Shown here piece by piece: positions 11,319-21,222 of a stretch of 64,000 bases of DNA. The notes beneath the pieces were generated by a model. It made no database searches, was not told where the DNA came from, and saw only the letters and a program-made list of their open reading frames with translations. The translations under genes and the position numbers were made by a program. The DNA comes from Myxococcota bacterium (GTDB lineage Bacteria > Myxococcota_A > UBA9042 > PHBI01 > JAWLBL01). Where the stretch lies: NCBI GenBank assembly GCA_041687695.1, contig JAWLBL010000002.1:134761-198760 (forward strand), in the 5' to 3' direction. The stretch's first letter is position 1; every line of letters starts with the position of its first letter.

Positions 11319-11558
11319 ATGCCGCTGTACGAGTACCGATGCAAGGCGTGTGGCCAGACGACCGAGGCGCTGCAGCGCATGGCGGACGCGCCGCTGACCG
11401 ACTGCCCGACCTGCGCCGCCAGCGCGCTCGAGAAGCTGATGAGCGCGCACAACGTGGGCGCGGGTGGGCCCGGCGGGGGCGCCTCGCCGGCCGTGATGGG
11501 GCCGCCGCCCGGGTGCGGGCGGTGCGGCGATCCCCAGGGGCCCTGCGGGTTGTCGTGA
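11319..11558 (+). CDS. FmdB-family zinc-ribbon protein
   Basis: MPLYEYRCKACG...CPTC...LEKLMS; extra C-terminal CGRC..C. Confidence 0.9.
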   Translation: MPLYEYRCKACGQTTEALQRMADAPLTDCPTCAASALEKLMSAHNVGAGGPGGGASPAVMGPPPGCGRCGDPQGPCGLS

Positions 11559-11585
11559 TCGGACGGCCGCGCTAAAAGCCGGCCC

Positions 11586-12899
11586 ATGACACACCCGACG
11601 CACCCCACCGCGAAAGACCTCGTCGCCTACATCAACGCCAGCCCGACCCCGGACCACTGCGTGGCCGAGTCGGCGCGGCGCCTCGACGAGGCCGGCTTCC
11701 AGGCGCTCGACGAGGGCGAGGGCTGGTCGCTCGAGGCGGGCGGCGGGTACTACGTCGTGCGCGGCGGGTCCATCACCGCGTTCCGCGTGGGCACGGGCGC
11801 GCCGCACGAGGTCGGCTTCCGGCTGACGGGCGCCCACACCGACTCGCCGAACCTGCGCGTCAAGCCGATCGCCAACGTGACGGCGTCGGGGTGGCTGCAG
11901 CTGGGCGTCGAGACCTACGGCGGGCTGCTGGACTACACGTGGCTGGACCGCGACCTGGGCCTGGCGGGCAGCGTGCGCCTGCGAGAGCCGGGCGGGCGGG
12001 TGACGCGGCGGCTGGTGCGGGTCGACCGGCCGATCCTGCGCATCCCGTCGCTGGCGATTCACCTCAACCGCGAGATCCGCGACGGCGGCCTGAAGCTGAA
12101 CGCGCAGAAGCACCTGCCGCCGCTGATGGCGCTGGCGCCTTCGGGGGCGGACGGCAAGGCGGGGATCGGCGCGCTCGAGCGGCTGCTGGGCGACGAGCTG
12201 GGGGTCGATCCCAAGACCATCCTCAGCTGGGATCTGTCGCTGATGGACGTGGTCCCGGCCACCATCGGCGGCCTGCACCACGAGCTGGTCTTCGCGCCGC
12301 GGCTGGACAACCAGGCGATGTGCCACGCGACGCTGATGGCGCTGTTGCGCAGCCGCGCGAGCGAGGCGACGCAGGTGGTGGCGCTGTACGATCACGAGGA
12401 GGTCGGCAGCGGGTCGACGGCGGGCGCCGAGGGCAACGTGGTCGAGGTGATCCTGCGGCGCGTGGCCGAGATCGAGGGGCCCGCCGCCAAGCCGGGAGGC
12501 CTGACCCGCGCGGCCGCGCGCTCGACCCAGGTCTCGGCCGACATGGCCCACGGCGTGCACCCCAACTACGCCGACAAGCACGAGCCGATGCACCTGCCGC
12601 GCGTCAACGGCGGGCCGGTCATCAAGATGAACGCCCAGCAGCGCTACGCGACCAACGCCGACACGGCCGCGCTGTTCGAGGCGCTGTGCCAGGACGCCGA
12701 GGTCCCGGTCCAGAAGTTCGTCACCCGCACCGACCTGGCCTGCGGGTCCACCATCGGCCCCATCGCGGCGGCGCGGCTGGGCATCCAGACGGTCGACGTC
12801 GGCAACGCCATGCTGTCGATGCACTCCATCCGAGAGACCACCGGCGCCGAGGACCCCGAGCGCATGGTGACCGTGCTCGAGCGCTTCCTGCAGAGCTGA
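11586..12899 (+). CDS. apeB: M18 family aspartyl aminopeptidase
   Basis: GAHTDSP, WLDRDL, RLDN, DHEEVGS, SADMAH.VHPNY, CGSTIGP, SMHSIRE. Confidence 0.95.
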   Translation: MTHPTHPTAKDLVAYINASPTPDHCVAESARRLDEAGFQALDEGEGWSLEAGGGYYVVRGGSITAFRVGTGAPHEVGFRLTGAHTDSPNLRVKPIANVTASGWLQLGVETYGGLLDYTWLDRDLGLAGSVRLREPGGRVTRRLVRVDRPILRIPSLAIHLNREIRDGGLKLNAQKHLPPLMALAPSGADGKAGIGALERLLGDELGVDPKTILSWDLSLMDVVPATIGGLHHELVFAPRLDNQAMCHATLMALLRSRASEATQVVALYDHEEVGSGSTAGAEGNVVEVILRRVAEIEGPAAKPGGLTRAAARSTQVSADMAHGVHPNYADKHEPMHLPRVNGGPVIKMNAQQRYATNADTAALFEALCQDAEVPVQKFVTRTDLACGSTIGPIAAARLGIQTVDVGNAMLSMHSIRETTGAEDPERMVTVLERFLQS

Positions 12900-12970
12900 G
12901 CGCGCCGCGGCGGGGGCCTTTCGCGGCGACCGGCCGTGTCCTACGATGGGGCCTCACGACGAGGTGACCC

Positions 12971-14233
12971 ATGCCATGCCGTCGCGTCCTGCGCGCCTGC
13001 GCCCTGCTCGCCAGCGTCCTCGTCCTGGGCTCGGCTCCCGGGTCGACGGCCCGCGCCGACGGCGCCCGGATCGAGTCGCGCATCGACCTCGGGCAGCTGG
13101 TGCAGCGCAGCGACGTCATCTTTTTGGGCACCGTGCGCCGGGTCGCGCACCAGCGGCAGACGACGCGGGCCTACGGCGAAGACCGCGTGTGGATCGCGAC
13201 CTATCGGCTGCAGATCGAGGTCGGCGAGGTGCTGCGGGGCGCCGACCGGCTCGAGGTGAAGCCGGGCCAGCGGGTCTGGGTGCACCGCGGGTCGGACTCG
13301 CGGCCGGGCAAGTGGGTGCTGCTGCGCGACTTCTACGACTCGGGCTACGGGCTCCCGGGCGCCAAGGCCGGCGACCGGGTCCTGGTCTTCGGCAGCAACG
13401 GGACGCTGCAGGAGGGCAAGCCAGCCTATCTGCAGATCTCCGAGGTCGAGCGGGCCGACCGCGCCGAGGCCGCGCGGGAGGCCATCGCCAAGGCCGAGGC
13501 CAAGGTGCGGGCAGGCTGGCGCGATGGCAGCAAGTGCAAGGCGGGCAAGTTCCTGCACGACGGCCGGTGTCGGACGCCCGAGCAGATCGTCGCGGGCGTC
13601 GCCTGTCCCGAAGGGGCCCAAGCGGAGGCCGAGGAGCCCGCGCCGGGCGCGCTGAGGGTGCAGTGCAGCAACGCCGGCACCTTCGAGGGGCCGTCGCTGA
13701 GCTGGGGACGCGCCGGGTATCCGTCCGCCGCAGGGGCGATGGCCGCCGGGCAGCGGGAGGGCGAGTGGCGGTTCTGGGACGGGCAGGGGCGGCCGCAGCG
13801 GACGACCCACTACCTGGCCGGCAAGCGACACGGCGCCGAGGTGCGGTTCCACGACAACGGGCAGATCGCGTGCGAAGGCCGCTGGGCGGACGATCTGCAG
13901 GATGGGACCTGGACCTGCTACACCGAGGCCGGGGCGGTCGCCGGCCGTTACGAGATGCAGCGCGGGACCGGCGCGGTGCGCGGCTGGCGCCCCGACGGGA
14001 CGCTGCAGAGCGAGCAGGAGCAGGTCGCGGGCCGCGCGATGGGGCTCAATCGCCTGTACGACCGGGACGGGAAGCTCGAGCTCGAGGGCGCCTACGTCGA
14101 CGGCCGGATGCACGGCCTGTTCCGCTACCTGCGGCCGGACGGCACTGTGCGGCTGACCCTGTGTTATCGGAGAGGCGACGAGGTCTGGCGCGCCGAGGAG
14201 CCCGCCGAGGCGGCCCAGCGGCGGTGCCCGTGA
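12971..14233 (+). CDS. Secreted protein with MORN-variant (YwqK-like) repeats
   Basis: Signal peptide; repeated G.W..(W/Y)...G / FHDNGQ / YDRDGKL units in the C-terminal half. Confidence 0.8.
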   Translation: MPCRRVLRACALLASVLVLGSAPGSTARADGARIESRIDLGQLVQRSDVIFLGTVRRVAHQRQTTRAYGEDRVWIATYRLQIEVGEVLRGADRLEVKPGQRVWVHRGSDSRPGKWVLLRDFYDSGYGLPGAKAGDRVLVFGSNGTLQEGKPAYLQISEVERADRAEAAREAIAKAEAKVRAGWRDGSKCKAGKFLHDGRCRTPEQIVAGVACPEGAQAEAEEPAPGALRVQCSNAGTFEGPSLSWGRAGYPSAAGAMAAGQREGEWRFWDGQGRPQRTTHYLAGKRHGAEVRFHDNGQIACEGRWADDLQDGTWTCYTEAGAVAGRYEMQRGTGAVRGWRPDGTLQSEQEQVAGRAMGLNRLYDRDGKLELEGAYVDGRMHGLFRYLRPDGTVRLTLCYRRGDEVWRAEEPAEAAQRRCP

Positions 14234-14240
14234 CCGCGGG

Positions 14241-15839
14241 TCAACGCGCCAGCTCGAAGCGCCAGCGGTTGGCGCCGACGTCGTAGCGGTCGACCCGCAG
14301 GCCCAGCGCGTCGCCCAGGCGCAGCACCGGGGCGCCGTCGGGGTCCGTGAGCGCGTCCTCGTGGCGGGTGGGCGTCAGCGCCGCGCCGAAGGCGGCCTCG
14401 AGGTCGCCGGCGTAGACCTTGAGCTCGTGGTCCGGCGCGTCGAGCTGGACGTAGATCCGGTCGCGACGCAGGCCGACGACCGTGCCGACGCGCCGCGGCC
14501 GCTCGGCGGCCGGAAGGGCCAGATCGGCGCCGAACAGCGCGTCGAGCCCCAGCTTCGCGGCCTCCTTGGTGAGGGTCGACTGCAGGCGCCGCGCCCGCTC
14601 GCCGGCCTCGATGACGGCCTCGCGCAGGACTTCGTCGCGGGCGATGGCGTCGGCGGACGGCGACACGCCCTCGAGCAGCTCGACCGCCTCCTTGTGGGTG
14701 TACACGCCGATGATCTCTCGCATGGGCGAGGACAGGCGGGCGTAGGGCTCGGCGCCGACGCCGAAGTGCGGCCCCGGCTCGGCCGACAGGCTGGAGGCCT
14801 GGTTCAGGACGAGGGCCTGGCGGTGCAGCGCCATCGCGAGACGGCGCGCCTCGTCGTCGTCGCCGTCGACCGGCAGGCGCCGCAGGTAGTCGGACAGGCT
14901 CTCGCCCGGCTGGCCATGGCCGGAGCGTCGTCGCCAGCGCCACGCGTCGGCGTGCGCCCCGGCGCGTTGGGCGATGGCGCGGGTCATCGCCGCGAACCGG
15001 ACGAGGCGCGGCTCGGGGGGCGAGGGGTGCACGCGGAAGATCGGCTGGACGTGGGCCGCGGGGTGGCGCGCGAGCAGGCGGCCGCCTTCGGCGTTGCACA
15101 TCAGCGAGATCTGCTCGTTGTAGCGCTCGGTCATGTAGCGGTCGCCGCGGTGGTAGACCACGACGTCACGGCGCTCGGCCTCGGCGATGCGCAGCAGGCC
15201 GACGGTGCGCAGCAGCTGCAGCGTCTCGGTGAAGGGCTGGCCCGCGAGGGCGCCTGCGTCGCCGGCGTCGTAGAAGGCCTGCACCCCGCCGTAGGTCAGC
15301 TTGGCGCGGCTGCGGATGCGGGCGCGCAGTAGCTCGGCGCCGACGCACGCGCCGTCTGGGGAGAGCGTCAGGACGACCACCAGCGCGCGGCGCGGCTGGG
15401 CCTCGTTGAGCGAGACCAGCCCCTCGCTGAGGGCGCGGGGGAGCATGGGGACCGTGAAGCCCGGCAGGTAGTAGCTGGCGCCGCGGCGCAGGGCCTCGTC
15501 CCACAGGCGGGCGCCGGGCCGGACGTAGTAGGCGGCGTCGGCCAGCGCGTAGTGGATGACGTACCCGCCGTCGGGCGCCGGCGCGATGTGCAGGGCCTGG
15601 TCGAGGTCGCGGGAGTCGGGGTTGTCGATGGTGACGAAGGGCAGGGGCTCGAGGTCGCGCAGGGCCGGGTCGTCGAGGCCGGGGGCGGCGAGCCAGGCCT
15701 CGGCCTCGGCCAGCACGTCGTCGGGGAAGCCGGGGTCGAGCGCGTGCCGGGCGGCCAGGGCGGCGATGGCCGCGGGGCTGGGCGCCGGCGGCAGGGACGA
15801 CGCGGCTGGGGGCACGGTCGGGGTGGTCGGTGTGGTCAT
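14241..15839 (-). CDS. RNB-domain exoribonuclease (RNase II/R family)
   Basis: FVTIDNPDSRDLDQAL, YALAD, RRGASYY, PHFGVG..YARLSSPMR; C-terminal S1-like region. Confidence 0.9.
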   Translation of the reverse strand: MTTPTTPTVPPAASSLPPAPSPAAIAALAARHALDPGFPDDVLAEAEAWLAAPGLDDPALRDLEPLPFVTIDNPDSRDLDQALHIAPAPDGGYVIHYALADAAYYVRPGARLWDEALRRGASYYLPGFTVPMLPRALSEGLVSLNEAQPRRALVVVLTLSPDGACVGAELLRARIRSRAKLTYGGVQAFYDAGDAGALAGQPFTETLQLLRTVGLLRIAEAERRDVVVYHRGDRYMTERYNEQISLMCNAEGGRLLARHPAAHVQPIFRVHPSPPEPRLVRFAAMTRAIAQRAGAHADAWRWRRRSGHGQPGESLSDYLRRLPVDGDDDEARRLAMALHRQALVLNQASSLSAEPGPHFGVGAEPYARLSSPMREIIGVYTHKEAVELLEGVSPSADAIARDEVLREAVIEAGERARRLQSTLTKEAAKLGLDALFGADLALPAAERPRRVGTVVGLRRDRIYVQLDAPDHELKVYAGDLEAAFGAALTPTRHEDALTDPDGAPVLRLGDALGLRVDRYDVGANRWRFELAR

Positions 15840-15908
15840 GGGGCCGCCATCGTACCCACTGCGCGTGCGCCTGTCGCCCGGGTCGGGGGCGTGTTATGGT
15901 CCGCCGCG

Positions 15909-16349
15909 ATGACCGCCCCCGGCCCGCCGCCCGAACTCGCCGAGCTCCGCGACCTCATCCGCGCGGCCGGGCTGCGCGTGACGTCGGGGCGCGTCGCGGT
16001 CTACCAGGCGGTGCGCGCCAGCGAGGCGCCGCTGAGCCACGCGGAGATCGCGCGGGCGCTGTCGCCCGGCGGGTTCGATCGGGCCGCGATCTACCGCAAC
16101 CTGCGTGACCTCGAGAAGGCCGGCCTGGTGAGCCGCAGCGATCTCGGCGACCACGTCTGGCGCTACGAGGCGGCGGGCGCGGCCGGGCACGAGGGCGGGC
16201 ACCCGCACTTCGTCTGCACCGACTGCGGGGACGTGGCGTGCCTGCCGACGGTGCAGGTCACCATCACGGCGTCGCCCGAGGCCCCGGTCGCGGCCACCAG
16301 CCAGCGGGTCGAGGTGCAGCTGCGCGGGGTCTGCGACCGCTGCACCTGA
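15909..16349 (+). CDS. Fur-family transcriptional regulator
   Basis: GLRVT..R, IYRNL..LE..GLV, HPHFVC..CG, GVCDRC. Confidence 0.92.
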   Translation: MTAPGPPPELAELRDLIRAAGLRVTSGRVAVYQAVRASEAPLSHAEIARALSPGGFDRAAIYRNLRDLEKAGLVSRSDLGDHVWRYEAAGAAGHEGGHPHFVCTDCGDVACLPTVQVTITASPEAPVAATSQRVEVQLRGVCDRCT

Positions 16350-16378
16350 GCGGCGAGGGGGCTCGGCCGCTCGGCCGC

Positions 16379-17857
16379 TCAGGCGGCGGGGCGGACGGGG
16401 GCGGGGCCGGTCTCGAGGAAGCGCTCGGGCAGCTGGACGCCGACCGTGGCCAGCGAGGGGGGCACGCGCTCGTCGGGGAAGATGTAGCGGCGGTAAAGGC
16501 GGTGGAAGTTCGCCTCGGCGCCCAGCTTCTGGAAGATGGCGTTGAGGCCGAAGGTGATGCGGTTGAAGAAGATGAGGTCGGGCGGCAGGTTCAGGCGCCG
16601 CAGGTTGGACGGGACCATGACGTCGCGCGCCGCGGCGGCCACGTAGTCGGGCGTGAAGGTGAAGACCTCGTCCTTGGCGAAGGGCGCCGCGTGGTAGGCG
16701 AAGAAGTCCCACATGAAGTCGGAGTCGTAGGGGCGGCCGGGCAGGACGATGCCCAGCTCGTGCACCGAGCGGTCGAAGGCCTGTCGGTCGCCCTGGGTGA
16801 TGGCGCGGTTCATGCGGTGCAGCGAGGCGATGAACGCGGGCTCGAAGTACTTGATGCAGCCGAAGTCCAGGAAGGTGATGCCGCCGTCCTCCTGGAACAG
16901 GTAGTTGCCCGGGTGCGGGTCGCCGTTGAAGACGTGGAAGCGATGCATCGAGTCGAAGATGAAGTCGTTGAGCACGAAGACGGCCATCTTCTTTTCGCGC
17001 TCGGTCGCCGCCTCGAGGAAGTCGTAGAAGCCCAGGCCGCGCACGAACTCCTGGCACAGCACCTTCTTGGTCGAGTGCTCGGGGTGGACGGCGGGGATGC
17101 GCACCAGCGGGTGGCCGGCCCAGAGCTTTCGGAAGAGCTGCTGGTTGGCCAGCTCGCGCCGGTAGTCGACCTCCTCGACCAGGCGCTCTTTGAGCTCGGC
17201 CACGATGGCGTTGGCGTCGGCGTTCTTGTGGACGCTGGTGATCATCGCGGCGATGCCGCCGGCGAACTTGAGGTCGTTCTCGATGGCGGTGTCGACGCCC
17301 GGGTACTGCACCTTGAGGACGACCTGCTCGCCCGTCAAAAGCCGCGCCCGGTGCACCTGGCCGATGGAGGCGGCAGCGAGCGGCTCCTCGTCCACCGACT
17401 TGAAGCGCCGCCCGAGATCCCCGCCCAGCTCGGCCTGTAGCACCTCGCGCACCACCGACCACGCCATGGGCGGCGCCTGCTGCTGCAGCCCCCGCAGCGC
17501 CTGCTGCGCCTGCTCGGGCATCGCGTCGCTCGCGAACGAGACGATCTGCCCGATCTTCATGAACACGCCCTTCATGTTGCCCATCAGGGCCGCGGCCTCG
17601 GCCGCCGTCTGGACGTGGAACTGCTCCTCGAGCTCGCGCCGCCGCTCGCGCGCCGCCACCAGCTGCCGCATCCGCAGCCACACCCGCCGCGCCAGCGAGC
17701 GCCCCACCAGCCCACCGACCCGCGCGCTCCGCGCGGTCATGCCCGTGGTGATCCCCGCCGCGCTGCGCCGCCCCAGCCAGACGACCAGCAGGACCAGCGC
17801 GAGCGCGACGGAGAGCAGAATGATGAGCGTAGTCGTGTTCATGGGCTCGGGCGCCAT
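16379..17857 (-). CDS. ABC1/AarF/UbiB-family atypical kinase with N-terminal TM
   Basis: MKGVFMKIGQ, AAASIGQVH, KVQYPG, DPHPGN, LDFG; start may be 17842. Confidence 0.93.
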   Translation of the reverse strand: MAPEPMNTTTLIILLSVALALVLLVVWLGRRSAAGITTGMTARSARVGGLVGRSLARRVWLRMRQLVAARERRRELEEQFHVQTAAEAAALMGNMKGVFMKIGQIVSFASDAMPEQAQQALRGLQQQAPPMAWSVVREVLQAELGGDLGRRFKSVDEEPLAAASIGQVHRARLLTGEQVVLKVQYPGVDTAIENDLKFAGGIAAMITSVHKNADANAIVAELKERLVEEVDYRRELANQQLFRKLWAGHPLVRIPAVHPEHSTKKVLCQEFVRGLGFYDFLEAATEREKKMAVFVLNDFIFDSMHRFHVFNGDPHPGNYLFQEDGGITFLDFGCIKYFEPAFIASLHRMNRAITQGDRQAFDRSVHELGIVLPGRPYDSDFMWDFFAYHAAPFAKDEVFTFTPDYVAAAARDVMVPSNLRRLNLPPDLIFFNRITFGLNAIFQKLGAEANFHRLYRRYIFPDERVPPSLATVGVQLPERFLETGPAPVRPAA

Positions 17858-17869
17858 AGGCGCCGAACC

Positions 17870-20800
17870 TCAGCGGGCCGGCGCGTCGTCGTAGGAGAGG
17901 TAGCGGAAGCCCGCACCCGACTGGCGCGGGTCGGGATACCAACGGCCCGGGTTTTGCCTGAACCCGGCGAAGCCGTCGAGGTCTTCCCAGTCCAGCAGCT
18001 CGGCGCTGGCTCCACCCGTCATCCAACTGGCCATCTCGGGGCCGTAGTTGGCCAGGGGCCCGGGCAGCTCGGGCATGATGGCCTGCCCCGCCGTGCCTTC
18101 GGCGGGCGAAACGGCGCGCCAGCGCACCCAGAGCCAACCCGACTCGTCGCCGGGATCGACCTCCCACTCGGCCCCCAGGAGCATGCCGTCGGCCTGCAAA
18201 CCAGCCTCGGCTTGCCAGGACGCCACGAAGCGGCCGGCGGTCTCGTCGTAGACGAACTCGGCGGAGTCGGGGCCGTTCGGAAGCTCCTGCCAGTCGAGGT
18301 CCACCCCGTTGGTGCCCTCCGGGATCGCCTTCCAAAGCTGCACCTGGCCCGCGAAGGTCCAGGCCTGCAGATAGGCGAGCGCCTGTGAGCCGGGCACGAG
18401 CGGGTACTCGAACTTGCTGGTGCTCGGCTCATCGGTCCAGCCGCTGTAGTCGTCATCGATGGACTGCACCCATGGGCCGACGCGGATGGCCAGGCCCCAC
18501 TCGAGGTACTCCCCGGAGGGCGCATTGACGGGCGTGACTGCAAGGGGCTTGGACTCACCGGCGGTCCACGGCGGCAAGCTCACGTTCGTGACATCGTCCG
18601 GCTTCAACACGACGTCGCCCAGGAAGGACCAGGCCATGCCCTCGTCCGCGCCCGTCAGCGGCTCGACGAGATTGACGAGCGCCAGGAGGTTCACCGTCCC
18701 GTCCAGCGACATGTTCCACGGACCCGCCCAGAAGCCCGCGGGTTCGGCTGCATTGCTGTAGGTGTTCATGTAAGTGCCGCCGCTGCCGAGGCGGTACGTG
18801 CCCTGGGAAGGAGTGTTCGGCAGCGGCGCGGGCCATTGGGCCTCGCCATACAGTTCCGACTCTCCGAAATACCCAGGCTCGACCGCGAAGGTGTAGCTCT
18901 CGTCCGGCGCCACTTGCCGCACCGTCGTGAGGCGGAGTTCTTGACCTTCCCCCTGGATGAATTGGGCATAGGTGACCATACCGCCCGGGACGACGAGGAC
19001 CTTGGCGTCGCCAGCGTCGCCGGTCTCGACGGCCTGGCCCAGGCTGCCGTCGGGGAAGCTGCTGAACACGGGCGTGCCCGCCTGAGGCAGCCCCAGGCCC
19101 TCGATGGAGGTCACGACGTCGACGTAGCCGACGAGGGCGACCGAGTCGGTCGAGCAGGGGCCGGCGTTGCCGACGGCGTCGACGGCGGAGGCGTAGACGA
19201 CGGCCTCGGCGTCGTCGGGGACGCTGAGGACGACCGACCAGTAGTCCTCGGCGGAGGCGACCGTGGTGGTCAGCGGCTCGTCCGAGCAGTCGGGGGTCAG
19301 GTGCAGGCGGACCTGGGCGCCGGCCTCGAGCAGGCCGGAGACGGTGCCCGTGACGGTGCCGGGCTCCCAGGTGGGCTCGGTCAGCGTGAAGCCGGCCGGG
19401 GCGTCCGGCGCGGTGCTGTCGTTGACGTAGGTGGTCAGGGCCACGCAGTCGGACTCGTTGCCGACGGCATCACGGCTGAGGCCGTACAGGGCGGTCGCCT
19501 CGTCGGGGTCGACGGCGACCGTGACCTGGGCCGCGCCTTCGGCGTCGAAGGTCGCGGTGGCCAGCAGGCCCTCGCTGCAGCTCGGGGTGCCCCAGATCTC
19601 GACGATGGCGCCCGGCTCGCCCTCGACGGTCAGCGCCGGGGCGGTCGAGGTCGACGGCGACTCGGGCGAGGCGGACTCGAAGGTCGGCTCGATGGGGGCC
19701 GTGTCGTCGTGGGTGAAGGTCGTCAGCAGGACGCAGTCCGAGGTGAGGCCGGCGAGATCCGTCGCCTGGGCGTAGACGGTCAGCGTGCCGTTGAGGACGG
19801 CCCCGATCTCGACGGTGTAGACGCCCTCGTCGTCGGCCGCCGTGGTCGCCAGCTCCTCGGTGCAGGCGTCGTCGCTGAAGAAGGCGAGGTCCGTGCCCGC
19901 CTCGGCCGAGCCGGTCAGGGCGAAGACCTCGGCCGTCGCGGGCGACTCGGGCGAGACCTGCCCCAGCAGGGGGGCCGCCGGCGGGGCGTCGTCGTGCTGG
20001 TAGATCAGGGTCGAGGTGGAGCAGTCCGAGCGGAGGTCCGCCGGGTTGATGGCGATGGCCGAGAACGACGTCGCCGCGCCGGTCGCCACCGTCAGCGAGA
20101 TGGAGAAGGCGCCCTGGGCGTCCGCCTGCCCCACCGTCACGTCGTCACCCTGGCAGCCGGCGACCTGGAAGACGTGGATGGTCGCGTTGGCCTCGGCCGT
20201 GCCCTGGACGGCGATCTCGGTGGCCGCGCTGGGGCTGGCCGGGTCGGTGCCGGTCAGCACCGGCGGGGCGGGCTCGTCGCAGGCGTCGCCCGCGCCGTCC
20301 CCGTCCGCGTCGCCCTGCAGGGGGTTGGCCACGTCGGGGCAGTTGTCCTGCGCGTTGTCGACGTCGTCGCCGTCCCGGTCGGGGTCCACGCAGTCGGCCA
20401 CGCCGTCCTGGTCGGCGTCGGGGGCGCCCTCGTCGGTCTCGCCGTCGCAGTCGTTGTCCAGGCCGTCGCAGGTGGCCTCGTCGGACTCGTAGTCGGGCAC
20501 GTCGTCGAGGACGCAGCGCGCCTCCTCGCCGCCGCCGGGGCACGTCACGGCCGGCGCGTCGCCCGCGCACACGCCCACCCGCGGGCAGACCAGGTCGCGC
20601 ATCAGCTCGGGCGCGTCGCCGGGGGTGTCGTTGTTGGGGTCGAGCTGGTCGACGACGCAGTCCTCGTCCGCGTCGAGCAGCAGGCTCTCGAGCACGTCGG
20701 GGATGCCGTCGCCGTCGGTGTCGATCGGGGCGTTCGGGTCGTCGCCGACCTCTTGCGGGTCGGGGATGCCGTCGCCGTCGCTGTCGGCGGCGCGCGGATC

Positions 20801-21004
20801 GCTGCCGAGGAGCTTCTCGATGCCGTTGGCGAGGCCGTCGCCGTCGTCGTCGTCCTCGAGCGCGAGGCAGGTGCCCGAGCAGTAGCCGGACGCGCACTGG
20901 TCGTCCGAGCTGCAGCTGGCGCCGTTCTTGCGGCGGTCCTCGTCGCAGGCGGCGAACGCGAGCGCGAGGGCGATCGTGAGGGACACGAAGCGCAGGGTCT
21001 TCAT
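17870..21004 (-). CDS. Large surface lipoprotein (1044 aa): TSP3/Ca-binding repeats, MopE-like Cys motif, four Ig-like repeats, distinct C-terminal domain
   Basis: MKTLRF...FAAC lipobox with GGAGA RBS; DSDGDGIPD, CDGLDNDCDG, DNCPDVANPLQGDADGDG; repeated P.SPS...G.AE.G units. Confidence 0.85.
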   Translation of the reverse strand: MKTLRFVSLTIALALAFAACDEDRRKNGASCSSDDQCASGYCSGTCLALEDDDDGDGLANGIEKLLGSDPRAADSDGDGIPDPQEVGDDPNAPIDTDGDGIPDVLESLLLDADEDCVVDQLDPNNDTPGDAPELMRDLVCPRVGVCAGDAPAVTCPGGGEEARCVLDDVPDYESDEATCDGLDNDCDGETDEGAPDADQDGVADCVDPDRDGDDVDNAQDNCPDVANPLQGDADGDGAGDACDEPAPPVLTGTDPASPSAATEIAVQGTAEANATIHVFQVAGCQGDDVTVGQADAQGAFSISLTVATGAATSFSAIAINPADLRSDCSTSTLIYQHDDAPPAAPLLGQVSPESPATAEVFALTGSAEAGTDLAFFSDDACTEELATTAADDEGVYTVEIGAVLNGTLTVYAQATDLAGLTSDCVLLTTFTHDDTAPIEPTFESASPESPSTSTAPALTVEGEPGAIVEIWGTPSCSEGLLATATFDAEGAAQVTVAVDPDEATALYGLSRDAVGNESDCVALTTYVNDSTAPDAPAGFTLTEPTWEPGTVTGTVSGLLEAGAQVRLHLTPDCSDEPLTTTVASAEDYWSVVLSVPDDAEAVVYASAVDAVGNAGPCSTDSVALVGYVDVVTSIEGLGLPQAGTPVFSSFPDGSLGQAVETGDAGDAKVLVVPGGMVTYAQFIQGEGQELRLTTVRQVAPDESYTFAVEPGYFGESELYGEAQWPAPLPNTPSQGTYRLGSGGTYMNTYSNAAEPAGFWAGPWNMSLDGTVNLLALVNLVEPLTGADEGMAWSFLGDVVLKPDDVTNVSLPPWTAGESKPLAVTPVNAPSGEYLEWGLAIRVGPWVQSIDDDYSGWTDEPSTSKFEYPLVPGSQALAYLQAWTFAGQVQLWKAIPEGTNGVDLDWQELPNGPDSAEFVYDETAGRFVASWQAEAGLQADGMLLGAEWEVDPGDESGWLWVRWRAVSPAEGTAGQAIMPELPGPLANYGPEMASWMTGGASAELLDWEDLDGFAGFRQNPGRWYPDPRQSGAGFRYLSYDDAPAR

Positions 21005-21149
21005 CGGCGATTCTCCGGGGGATCGAGTCGGGGCGGGACGTATACCGGACCCGGGACGTCGATGCCAGTGGCCGGGGCGCGGCGGAGCGTCGGCGCAGCG
21101 AGCTGCGCCAGGCCGGAGCACGAGCGAGCTCGTGCAGTCCGGTCGCAGC

Positions 21150-21222
21150 GCCACGGCCACGCTCACGGCCACCTTCACGGCCACGGCCACGCTCACGGTC
21201 GCGGCCCCGGCCCCGGCCCCGG
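21150..21222. repeat. Intergenic hexamer repeats (CACGGC)n and (GGCCCC)n
   Basis: gccacggccacgctcacggccaccttcacggccacggccacgctcacgg...gccccggccccggccccgg. Confidence 0.75.

Noticed and set aside
15590..15640. RNB DLDQ motif as evidence of a dead enzyme
   Set aside because: The key Asp residues remain, and I recall DLDQ as a common variant in GC-rich bacteria.
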